64,000 nt of DNA from Felis catus (Eukaryota): positions 117,740,001-117,804,000 of the forward strand of contig NC_058368.1 of the NCBI RefSeq assembly GCF_018350175.1, read 5' to 3'. Position numbers and translations under genes: made by a program. Positions 51,318 to 63,430 of the stretch are shown here, piece after piece. The notes below the pieces were generated by a model that ran no database searches, was not told the DNA's origin, and saw only the letters and a program-made list of their open reading frames with translations. Every line of letters begins with the position of its first letter. The stretch's first letter is position 1.

Positions 51318-53289
51318 GAAGGGAGCTAAGTGGGGAGAAAGCTAGGATATCTCAACACTTGGTACATAAATCTCTCAATCACTCTTTCCTGATTTGCTAC
51401 CCTTTCTCCTAAACTGTGTCTCTCCAGCCCAAAACTCTGTGCTTTTACACTGGTCAGAAAAAAAAAAAATCTCTAGTCTTCTAGTGGGGATCCTGGAACT
51501 GGATTCTGGGCTGAGTCTGTCACCTTTCTTTCTGCTTTTAAATCTCATTTTCATTCCTACTTCTACCAGTAACTGCTGCCACCAGTTTTTGAGCCTTTTG
51601 AGGATATAGTGCAAGACATGTCGCTCTTCTGCTTTCTGGTTTAGGATTCACTTCTCTTGGGTCCGCTGTGGTAGTTGTCACCTTTCCTCTTGCTTCTGGC
51701 TTTTGGGATTTTATTGCTGCTTCCTCTCCTGGTACTTGTCTCTATATTTTTTTTGACTTAAAATTAACAAAACTTTACTGACATTACATTAACATTTACA
51801 TTTCCTAAAGAATTATTTATGGAGTAAATGTGTGTGTTTAATCATTAAGTAGAATATTAAAATTGCAGTTACTTCTTTTGATGGTCTTTAATGAACTACA
51901 TACTTAGGTTAAAAACAGCAGTCACATTCGCTGTTGTGTCCTCTACCCCACACCAATCATGGCCAGACTTGTTAACACATTGAGTGGTGTTACATTATTC
52001 TAGCAGTTAAAACACTTGCATGATGGAACTTTCTGGGATTATGAGGTGGAGGGAAAGATAGGAGATGCTTAATGCATCTCTCTATCTTGACTCTCATTGT
52101 TCTTGGAGGAAAAGGGGACCTCATGACCAAGCCTAAGTTTAGGCAGACTCTGTTGAGCACCTTTTGCCATCCCTAATCTGTGCCCTAGCATGCTCTAGTC
52201 TAGGCATAATAATAATAATAATATAGTAAAAAGCAAGCATAGCTTTGGAACTCAGCCTGAGAGCTCTCGTTGCTCCTGGGGCCAGCAGGGCCAGGCAGGC
52301 TGTAGTCAGAGCTAGTGCCTGAGTTGTAGGCATGTCTGTCACTTTTAGTGTGTGGACATTTGACTTTACTGTCTTCTTAATGTACAATATTCCATTTCTT
52401 GCTATGCCAGTTGTTTTCAGAAGAAAAAAACAGTCTAGGAAATTAGTGTGATTAAACTACTAATTTTCCTTCACTTGTACCACAAACATTTATTGAATAC
52501 CTGTTTGTACCTAGTACAGTATGTTAAGTGTTATAGGTGGAATACTAAATGTTACACATTTCTTATTTCTCAGGAGTTGAAGGTTGAAGATGCCAGTTTC
52601 TCCTTTGTGTTTCTTGCACTTTTGTTCCTATTTCTTTTTAAAATTGGTAATTATAGAATCACAATTTTCTTTTAATTTTTATTATGAAACACGGTACATA
52701 CAAAAGGAATACATGTAATGCATAAGGTTATAAAGCCTGCAAATAAATCAAATACCTGTGAGTTTGCAGTCCTTTTTGGAAGGTTTTTGTGTGTGTGTGT
52801 GTCATACCTCCTTGCTTTTAGACTAGCCAGTAAGAGAGAATAACTTTTGTCTTTGTTGCTTTAGAAAGCCTGGTTTCTTATCAGTTTTCTCCGTGTTTTA
52901 TGTGCTCCTGGTGCTAAGTAGTGATAGGGATGCTACCTGCTGCTGGTTACTCACGGACCTGTGATCACTGTCCCTTCCACAGTTCAGCACTCATCTGCAT
53001 GTGGCTCCATGCCTCATCTGTACATTTATTTGGTGATTGTAAAGTAATGTGAATATTTTAGGTACATGTGAACTGGTCGGTTAAGAGGGCATTAAGATAA
53101 GCTGCCATTTCTTTAGGTAGATTTATGTTAAAACTACACCTCCATCCTGCTTTAGGTAACATGTGCTGATAAGGTACCTATGATGTGCCACTCGGTGTTA
53201 AATGCTACGGTGAATATAGAGATAAACCATGCAGAGGTCCCCATCTATGTCATGGATACTTTGCTAGTCTCCTTTTCTCCCCTTCCTGA

Positions 53290-54650
53290 ATTGTTATTGA
53301 AGTATAATTTACATGCAGAAAAATGCACAGATCATAAATGCACAGCTTAGTGAATTTTCACAAGTGGAACGTGCACTTTTAACTAGAACCCAGATCAAGA
53401 AATGACATTATCAGCACTCGAAAAGCCCCCTTCACGTACCCTTCCATTTACCTCCTCTGCATTGACTGGCATGTTAGATTTGCTTGGTTTTGATCTTTAT
53501 TTAATATAATATAATACAGTAATACAGTAAATATAATATAATACAGTAAATGCTATTGTTTCTGGCTTCCTTTGCTCAACATTATTTTTGTGAGATTCAC
53601 CCATGCATTGTATGTTGTCATAGTTTATTCACATGGCTGTGTAGTATTCCACTGTATGGAGATCCCACAATTTAGTTATCTATTCTGCTGTTGATGGGCA
53701 TTTAATTTAGATAGTTATATTCAACGTTTTTTATTTATTTTTGGGACAGAGAGAGACAGAGCATGAACGGGGCAGGGGCAGAGAGAGAGGGAGACACAGA
53801 ATCCGAAACAGGCTCCAGGCTCTGAGCCATCAGCCCAGAGCCTGACGCGGGGCTCGAACTCCCGGACCGCGAGATCGTGACCTGGCTGAAGTCGGACGCT
53901 TAACCGACTGCGCCACCCAGGCGCCCCTAGATAGTTATATTAAACAACAATAATGTTGTTTTAAACGTCCTGGTATGTCTTTTGGTGAACATATGTGTTT
54001 CTGTTAGATATATACCTAGAGTGGAATTGCTGGGTTGTAGAGTATGTACAGATTCATCTTTAGTAGGTAATTGCCTTGGTCACGGGTGACTTCAGCTCAC
54101 GTCATGATCTCATGGTTTGTGGCTTGGAGCCCTGCGTCGGGCTGTGTGCTGACAGCTCAGAGCCTGGAGCCTGCTTTGGATTCTGTGTCTCCCTCTCTCT
54201 GCCCCTCCCCCACTCGCGCGCGGGCGCTCTCTCTCAAAAAATGAATAAACATTAAAAAAAAAAATAAGATAATTGCTGAACAGTCTCCTAAAGTGGTTGT
54301 ACAGGTTTACAGTCCCATTTTGAGAGTTTGGTTGTCATATGTCTTCATCAGCATTTGGTGTTTTCTGCTTTTGTATTTTAACTATCCGCTATGGTTTTAA
54401 TTTGCATTTCTGTATGACTAATACAATGGAGCACTTCTTAATAAGTTTAGTGGCCATTTGGATAACTTCTTTTGGAACTGTCTCTTCAAGTTTTTAAACC
54501 ATGTTTCAGTTGGGTGATTTCCTTTTTCTTTGTTTTTCCTTTTTCTTGTTTTTTAGAAACTCTGTATGTATGCTGGTTATGAGTCTTTTGTCTGAAAAAT
54601 ACATCTTCTGCCACTCTGGGTTGTCTTCATTTTCTTAATCGTGTCTTTTG
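53290..54650 (-). mobile_element. L1 3' fragment containing a young SINE (- 53722-53927) and a 5'-truncated SINE (+ ~54087-54265)
   Basis: tatacctagagtggaattgctggg; ggttttaatttgcatttc; SINE TSD tagatagttatatt. Confidence 0.88.
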
Positions 54651-55384
54651 AGTGAATAAAAGTTAATATGAGAAGCAAATGTGGGTGAACTTCTTTATGT
54701 CTTTGGACACAAAAAAGCTAACGATAAAGGAAGAAATTGGTAGTCTGCTTTTGAAGAACAGCAGTAGGATCGATCTGTACCACTTCTATAGGAAATTGCT
54801 GATAAAAATATGCCATCCCCTGTGATGCCCCAAACACTAAGCTATCCATCGGTTAGAGAATATTGACATACACACAAAAAGGTAGAGCCCAGAAGAAACC
54901 AGTTGCTAGACCTAAAAAACTACTTCCTTTGGTATTTTATTTTAATATAATGGTATATAGGAATAGTGCTTCTTTAGGTAGATTTATTGAAAAAGTTTTT
55001 TCATCCTTGCTGACAGATCTTGGTCTTCGTAGTTATACATAAAGCATCCTTAAACACATCTCATCAAATTAACTTTTTAACCTCCAAAGTTATTATTACA
55101 ACTTAAACTAATAGTCTTCCTAGTAAATGGAAAAAATGGAAATGTTCTTTCAGGAACATTAAGGGGACAATAATCAAAAATTGATGTGATCCTGGCATGT
55201 ATTAGTGCTTGATAAAATTTTATTGAGTGAGATATTTAAATTTCTGACTCTCTATGAGGAAGGTTGTTGTGGGCTATGGCAGAAGAAAAGGTAATAGAAC
55301 AGAAAGCTTGAATCACAATATATTTATATTTGATTATACTCTAGGTTTTATGTCTACATTAATAGTGTTTGCATTTTATTTTTT

Positions 55385-57124
55385 ATTTTTTTAAAGTTTA
55401 TTTATTTAAGTAATGTCTACACCCAACATGGGGCTTGAACTCACGGTCCCGAGCCCAGGAGCCTCATGCTCTTGCTGACCGAGATGGTCAGGTGCCATAA
55501 TAGTGTTTACAGTTTCAGTACTCCTGTGTGGTTGAGCTGTTTTACAGAAAGTTATACAAATCAAACTAATTAAATATATTGTTAGATTTCGTGAGTTTGA
55601 GCCCCCTCTTGGGCTCTGCACTGACAACATGGAGCCTGCTTGGGAGTCTCTGTCTCTCTCTGCCCCTCCTGTGCTCATGATCCATCTCTCTCTCTGAAAA
55701 ATAAATAAACATTTTTTTTTTTAAAAGCATACTTGAATAGATGTCAGTTGTATTCCATGTTCTGTTGGGACAACTTTTTTTTTTAAGGCATTGCTTAATG
55801 TACAATTTTAAGTGGTGAATAATTAGGAGTTCAATTTTGCTTCCATGTTGGTATTTTAGAGCTGTCACATATCTTAAATACAGCATACGGGTTTAAAAAT
55901 AAAAGCATGAGCAGTATTCACCACTTTTGCATTGAAATTATGGACTAGATTTGATATAAATTATTTAAAAGTGAGTCTGGTCTAGCTACTATTTTTACGT
56001 TGATTATTCTGTAAACAAAAGATGAATGGTTTCTATCATCCTGTCAAAAGCAAGGGGACTAAGCCAAGTGCTTACTGTCCATTTCAACTTATCTTTGCCA
56101 GGAATTTTAATTACTTTTCCAAGTAGGCCCTAGAGCTCTGAAGCCTGAGTTTTCTAAGGAAGTAAGAAATGGAGAAGAGGTAGGACTCAGGATGTTATGG
56201 AGGACACATTGTTAGTAAATAGTTTGGTTGCTACTTCTTAAAAGAGGCACAGAGACCTATTTGAAAATGTTGCATGGTTGTCCCTCCTTGTTTCCCCAGT
56301 CTTTATAAAATCATGAAGCGTGGGGAGGGTGGGGCTTATCATTAACTTGGAAGGCTCTTGGCTACAGATTTTGTTGAAGTTAAGTGCCAGAAAACACCAG
56401 GCACCATTTACTAGATGCTGTCTTGGTGATGCTATCAGTGGTGGAAATACTTGAGCATAAGACATGGATCCCAGAGGTTGGCAGGTTGATCACAATTTTC
56501 TAGTCCCACCCAAAAATCTCACAGTGCTACGATCATAGCCATAGTTGGCTAATTTAGTATCTCTGTGGATGAGGAGTGATTTCTTTTTTTTAAGTTTATT
56601 ATTATTATTATTATTTTTGAGAGAGAGAGAGGGAGGGAGGGAGAGAGCTTGAGCAGGGGAGGGGCGGAGGGAGAGGGAGAGAGAGAATCCTAAGCAGGCT
56701 CTGTGCTGTCAGCATAGAGCCGAAAGTGGGGCAGAACTCAGTTCAAGAACCATGAGTCAGACACTTAACCAGCTGAGCCCCCCAGATGTCCTGAAGAGTG
56801 ATTTCTCCTAGCACCTTGGCTTCTTAGGAAGGTTGAAGTTGGAGGTGAGTGGCTACTATCTTGCCTTCCTCTTATCTCTCTGGATGGTATTCCTTGTTAC
56901 CTGCATATCAGGTGAAGAAAGAAGAAAGCACAAGTTGTTATATTCTAGTTCATAATATTTGCTCTCATTTCTAAGGGCTAGCATAAATACAGAAAGTATT
57001 TTCTCTCCTTCCAATCCAAATTTTATTCATCAGTTGTATTTATATATGTAATAGTGATCATCACAGAAATCTTTATTTTTTTAATGTTTATTTATTTTTA
57101 AATTTTCTAAATGTTTTTATTATT

Positions 57125-57175
<51 letters not shown>

Positions 57176-57315
57176 ATCTGAAGCAGGCTCCAGGCTCTGA
57201 GCTACCAGCACAGAGCCCAATGTGAGACTCCAATTCATGAACCACGAGATCAGGACTTGAGCTGAAGCCAGATGCTTAATGACTGAGCTACCCATGCGCC
57301 CTATTTATTTATTTT

Positions 57316-57371
<56 letters not shown>

Positions 57372-58012
57372 AGGGAGAGATCATGAACGGGGAAGGAGTA
57401 AAGAGAGAGGGGAGAAAGAATCTCAGCAGTCTCCACACTGTCAGCACAGAGCCTGATGTGGGGCTTGAACTCATGAACTCTGAGATTGTGACCTGAGCTG
57501 AAACCAAAATTTGTATGCTTAAATGACTGAGCCACCCAGGCATCCCCATCACAACAATCTTTAAGTGAAAAGCTTTATGAACTGATGGCCTTTCTAAGGG
57601 GATTTACTGTGGTATTAGTTTTCTTTTCCTCTGTTATTGCATTGACTTTTTAAGGCATTATTCTGATTACTCTTCTTTTGCTTTGGTGAATTTTGACTTT
57701 TAATTGTGTTTTTATTATGGTATTAAGAAGATTTGCATTTATTTTTTCCTTCTGACATGAGACATAGTATTGGGGATAATCTAATTCTGGTGGTTTATTT
57801 TTAAAATTATCTTTGGGGAAACTTTTGAAGTAGAAAAAAATAAATTAATGGTATCCATTCTCAGCTCTTAAAATAGGTTGTTAGCCAGACTGTTTTGGGT
57901 TTTTTTTAAAGATTTTATTTTTAAGTAATCTCTACACGCGATGTGGGGCTTGAACTCATGACCCTGAGGTCAAGAATTGCAGCCTCTACTGACTGAGCCA
58001 GCCAGCCATCCC
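55385..58012. mobile_element. SINE cluster (- 55385-55497, + 55585-55712, - 56580-56792, - 57080-57301, - 57302-57547, - 57900-58012)
   Basis: Recognisable bodies with (GA)n linkers. Confidence 0.88.
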
Positions 58013-58259
58013 AAACCGATGTGATTTCTTGATCCTAATATTTTTCTTATCAGGAGGGGAGAACATTAAGAATTTTTTTTTTTTTCTACAATTAGTTTGT
58101 AATTTACTGTGTTACTTTTCTTTATTTTTGTCTGTTCGCAAGTAAATGTTCCATGTTGAGATCTGAGGATACTGATGGGACCAGGACCATTCTCTCCCAT
58201 TTATGAGCATAGACATTGATTTAGTAAGAGAATGATGATTTGGAGCAGTTAATTTTCAG

Positions 58260-59857
58260 CCCCCCCCACTATGAAAATGCTTTAATGGTGGTGTCTGTAC
58301 AGCATATGAGATCACAGCAGGAAAAAGAGCAAGAGACATGGCTACACACAGAGACGTAGCTTTCAGAGAACTGGTTACGAGTGAATACAGAGTTCACACA
58401 GCGTCCATGTTTTATTGGGTATCAGCTCTGGGCCACCTCTTCCTCTGCCTCCTCTTCAAACTCACCTTCCTCCTTGACTGTGCTGTCCTGGTACTCAGAC
58501 ACCAGGTCACTCATGGTGCTCTCTGCTTGGTAAAGTCCATCTCATCCAAACCTTTACCTGTTTACCAGTACGGGAAGGGCTTATGCCAGAACAAGGCTGT
58601 GAACTGCTCTGAGATACATGTGAACAGCTCCTCAGTGGACGTGCTATTGCTGATGAAGGTGGCAGACATTTTTAGCACCCCCCCCCCCCAGGGTGGGGTG
58701 GCACAGCTGATTTTATATTATTGGAGATCCCACTCCACAAAGTAGTTGCTGTTCTTGTTTTGGATGTTAAGTGTATGTTCATCCACCTTCCTTTATGGAC
58801 ATGTGGCCCTTCAACACTAGGGTCACAGTCAGGTAGTGGCTGTGGAGGAGGTCCCAGGTGGTCATCATGTTCTTGGCATCGAACGGCTGCCGAGTGAGGT
58901 CTGGCACCATCAGGGCCCAGTACCGTGGCTGCCTTGGATGGTCAGTGAGGCAAAGTCCCACTGCACTGAAGAAGCACAGGTGGGGGAAGGGCACCATGTT
59001 GACAGCCAGTGTGTGGAGTCAGCACTGAGCTGGCCAGGAAAGTGCAGGCAGGTGGTGACCCCCCCCTACCCATGGTGGTTGACACCAGGTGGTTGAGGTC
59101 CCTGTAGGTGGGTGTGGTCAGTTTTAGGGTTCTGAAGCAGATGTCACAGAAGCAGAAGCAAGGGCTCGTTATCGGTGCAGTAAGTTTCATCTGTGTTTTC
59201 TACCAGCCGGGTGGACCCAGAGGGTGGCATTGTAGGGTTCTGCCATCTGTCCAACACCTTGACTGAGGGCACCACGCTGAATGTGTTCGTGATCCTTTCG
59301 GGACACTCCTCCCGTATCTTGCTGATGAGGAGGGTACCCATCCCAGACCCGGTTCCCCCCTCCCCCACCCAGGGAGTGGGTCAGCTGGAAGCACTGCAGG
59401 CAATCACAGCTCTCAGCTCCTTCCTTACAACATCCAGCACCCAGTCGGCCAGCTCTGCACAGTGCATGTAGGGCCCTGGACCCAGTTGTTCTCAGCACCA
59501 CTCTGACCTAAGATGGAGTTATCTGGCCTAAAGATTTGCCGGGAGGGCCTGGAGCACACGCAGTCCATGGTACCGGGCTCCCAGGTCAGTGAGCGTAGTG
59601 CGGGGCATGTACTTGCCACCTGTGGCCTCTTTGTAATACATGTAAATTTGCTCCAGCTGCAGGTCGAGGTGGCTGTGGTAAGTGCCGGTAAGGTCCATGC
59701 CAGGCTCGTTGCTGATCACCTTCCAGAACTTGGTGCAGATGTGGTTGCTGCCCTGGCCTGTCTGCAAAGTGCAAGATCTCCCTCTTGGCGGGAGTATTGG
59801 TGGCAGTGTGGGCAGAAGGACCGGCGCAAGAGCAGACCAGTGGGTGTACAGAGTGCT
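58260..59857 (-). pseudogene. Processed beta-tubulin pseudogene, TUBB4B-derived, full length with UTRs
   Basis: Intronless; minus-strand fragments (K)[64 protein letters not shown] and C-terminal EEGEFEEEAEEEVA (TUBB4B isotype tail). CDS-equivalent 59786-58428 has ATG>AAG, several frameshifts and stop TAG>CAG; 3' UTR ends gctgtacagacaccaccATTAAAgcattttcatagtg. Confidence 0.95.
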
Positions 59858-59871
59858 CTTCAGTTTTGTTT

Positions 59872-60080
59872 CATTTTTTTAAAGAGTTTTTTTTTTTTAA
59901 TGTTTATTTATTTTTGAGAGAGCACAAGCAGGCGAGGTACAGAGAGAGAGGGGGACATAGAATCCAAAGCCGGCTCTGTGCTGACAACAGAGCCCCATGT
60001 GGGGATCCAACTCACAAACTGTGAGATCACAAGCGAAGCCAAAGTCATATGCCCAACCGACTGAGCCACCCAGGTGCCCC
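59872..60080 (-). mobile_element. Can-SINE next to the 5' end of the tubulin retrocopy
   Basis: TSD ttcagttttgttt 59859-71 / 60081-93. Confidence 0.92.
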
Positions 60081-60484
60081 TTCAGTTTTGTTTTAAACAA
60101 AATTTACATTATATAAGTTTGCCTTTTCAAAATTAGAGAATACTTTATTTTGAGATGCAATTCACATACCACAAAATTCACCTTTTTAAAGTATACAGTT
60201 CATGGATGTTGACTATATTCACAAGGTTTGAAACCATTATCACTATCTAACTGCAGAACATTTTTATCACCCAAAAAGAAACCTGGCAGTTTCCGTTAGC
60301 AGTCACTTACTCCCCCTTCTTCCCTTCCCTAGCCCCTGGCAACTACTAATCTTTGTCTCTCTTGGATTTGCTGTTTCTGGACATTTTATATAAAGGGAAT
60401 CATAAAATATGTGGTCTTTTGTGAGTGGTTTCTTTCACTTAGCATATTGTTTTCAAGATTCCTCAGCATTCTGGCATGTATCAA

Positions 60485-61146
60485 TGATGAAATTATGAAG
60501 TGGGGTTTGTGAGCAAACGGCTAAGAAAGAATTCTTGAGACCTTTCTCTTTTTTTGGTGCAAAAAGGTGATTTTATTACAGTAGGGGGACAGGACCTGGG
60601 GGCAGAAAGAGCTGCCCTGGAATTGTGAGGAGTGAGTGATTATATATATTTTTAAGTTTGTGGAGGAAGATGGGTAGAGATAAAGTAGGTTTCTAAGGAA
60701 TTTTGGAAGCAGGACTTTTAAGAACTTGAGGGGCTAGCTGCTGTTAAGATAAAATTACTTTTAGGGGCGCCTGGGTGGCTCAGTCGGTAAGCGTCCGACT
60801 TCAGCTCAGGTCACGATCTTGCGGTCCGTGAGTTCGAGCCCCGCATCGGGCTCTGGGCTGATGGCTCAGAGCCTGGAGCCTGCTTCTGATTCTGTGTCTC
60901 ACTCTCTCTCTGCCCCTCCCCCGTTCATGCTCTGTCTCTCTCTGTCTCAAAAATAAAAATAAACATTAAAAAAAATAAAGATAGAATTACTTTTAGTTTT
61001 TAATAAAAAACATTAAGGCACTAAGGGAGCCATGAGTTCCTTGAGGAAGGTCACGCTCTGCACGTTTCAGGTGTCTGTCAGTGGGCTGCAAGCTGTAAGG
61101 AGATTTAATTTAAGCTACATCTCTCTTGCTTTTGTTTCCCTCATCA
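60485..61146 (-). mobile_element. ERV solo LTR (probably class I), interrupted by a SINE
   Basis: TGATGA...TCATCA inverted termini; 4-bp near-TSD tcaa/tcag; AATAAA (~60572) and TATA-like (~60641) on the minus strand; splits an L1 at gcatgtatca|gtac. Confidence 0.75.
60764..60977 (+). mobile_element. Felid SINE inside the solo LTR
   Basis: Near-perfect 18-bp TSD aagata(a/g)aattactttta (60746-63 / 60978-95). Confidence 0.95.
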
Positions 61147-61604
61147 TCAGTACTTTTTTGGAAGGGGGATATACCCTGTTTTGTTTATCCGTTCATCAGT
61201 TGATGAGCATTTTGGCTATTGTAAGTAATCCTGCGATGAATATTCATGTACAGGTTTTTCTGTGAAACTGTGCTCTTGGTTCTCTTGGGCATATACTTAG
61301 GAGTGGAATTGCTGGATCTTTTTATAACTCTGTTTAACCTTTTTTGGAGGAACTGCCAAACTTTTCCACAGTTGCACCGTTTTACATTCCTATTGGCAGT
61401 GTATGAGGGTTCCAATTTCTCTGCGTACTCAACAACACTTGTTACTTTCCTTTTTTATTTTTTTATGGCCATACTAGTGGGTTAGAAGTAGTATCTCTTG
61501 GTATGATTTTGCATTTCTGTGATGACTAATGATGTTCAGCATCTTGTGTACACTGCTCATTTGTGTATCTTATTTGGAGAAATGTGTATTACAAGTCTTT
61601 GCCT

Positions 61605-61722
61605 GGGGCGCCTGGGTGGCTCAGTTCGTTAAGTGTCCTGTTCATCTCAGGTCATGATCTCATGGTTCAGGAGTTCAAGTCCTGCGTTGGCCTTTGCACT
61701 AGTGGTACATAGCCTGCTTGGG

Positions 61723-61762
<40 letters not shown>

Positions 61763-63392
61763 CCCTCTGCCCCTCCCTCACTCGCATGCACTTTCTGTCT
61801 CTCTCAAAATCAATAAATAAACTTAAAAATAAATTTTAAAGTCTTTGCCTATTTGTTTATTATTTTAAAGTAATCTCTACACCCAACATGAGACTCAAAT
61901 TCATGACCCCAAGATCAAGAGTTGCATGTTCTAACAAGTGAGCCACCCAGGTGCCTCTGTGCTAGTTTTTAAATTGGATTTTTTTATTGGCAGGTTTCTC
62001 CTTATCAGAAGTATTTACCTTAAATGTCATCCCCAATTACTAGCAATATAATAGGGAATTGTTCTTGAATATAAAGAGTTTGTTGATGTTAGAACAATAA
62101 AGTTTATAGTCAGTATACAATTAAAAATCTAAGACTATGTACAGTAGAAAATTCCTAGTCCTCACAAACTTTGGCTATTTATTTTTTTTTAAGTTTATTT
62201 ATTTATTTTTGAGACAGAGAAAGAGAGAAAGAATGAGAGAAAGAACCAATAGGGGAGGGGCAGAAAGAGTGGGGGACAGAGCCTCTGAAGCTGGCTCTGT
62301 GCTGACAGCAGACAGCCCAACACAGGGCCTGAACCCACGAACCTCGAGATCATGACCTGAGCTGAAGTTGGGCACTCAACCGACTGAGGAACCCAGGCAC
62401 CCCACAAACTTTGGCTATTTCTGAATAACAGAGTAAAATGCATACTCAGTTGTTTACCTAAAGAAATGTGCTTATTTATTTTCTGTTAATTATACTGTCT
62501 CATCTGGTAGGATTTAGAGTATGCAGAAGTAGTGGGCTGGTAATGAGAGGTTTAAAAATTGCATTATAAGGTAAAAGATTTCGGATTTAGCTCTAAAATT
62601 AGAAATAGTAAGTAACATTTAAAGCTAGAGTTTAGGCATTGATCCAGGGTTTTCTGAGACTTACTGTTAATAACTAAAAAAGGGATTTAAAACATAAAGG
62701 AATTTTCATGCTGTTTAAATAGGACCCAACCAAGAGAAAAAAAATGAGTGGTGTGAATACTTGTAACATTATGGGTTTCTTGGCTAGTTCAGCATTATTT
62801 TCCACATGCTTGTTGTGTTTGTGTGAATTATGACGTGTATTTTGGTACATTTTGTCATGTTTAAGGCTTTTTGGGTCTTTTGTAGGGTTTTTTGTTTTTC
62901 CATCCATAGTAAATAGAAACCAAGAATGACTTTTTAAAAAAGTTTTTTTTTTTTAATGTTTATTTTTGAGAGAGAGAGAGAGAGAGACAGAGCATGAGTG
63001 GGAAATGGGCAGAGAGAGAGGGAGATACAGAATTCAAAGCAGGCTCCAGGCTCTGAGCTGTCAGCACAAAGCCCGATGTGGGTCCTGAACTCACAAGCGT
63101 GAGATCATGACTTGATCTGAAGTCGGATGCTTAACCAACTGACCCACCAAGGCACCCCCCCCTCCGAAGAATGATGTTTAAGTGCCTTTAGGTACTGCCA
63201 TCCAGTACATTTGTGAATGTTGCCCCTTACTTAGGCCTAATCATAGCTCTGACTCTGCTGTTGCTTAAAAACAGCTCATTTCAGGTTGTTTGGGTGGCTC
63301 AGTCAGTTAAGCATCAGACTCTTGATTTCAGCTCAGGTCGTGATCTCACTGTTCGTGAGATCAAGCCCCGTCTTGGGCTCCACTGCTTTGGA

Positions 63393-63430
<38 letters not shown>

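Larger units (their letters stand above)
60140..61604 (-). mobile_element. L1 3' fragment (host of the solo LTR)
   Basis: gcagaacatttttatcacccaaaaagaaacc; gggcatatacttaggagtggaattgctggatc. Confidence 0.88.

Noticed and set aside
58428..59786. Functional beta-tubulin retrogene
   Set aside because: Start codon lost, multiple frameshifts and substitutions at invariant residues
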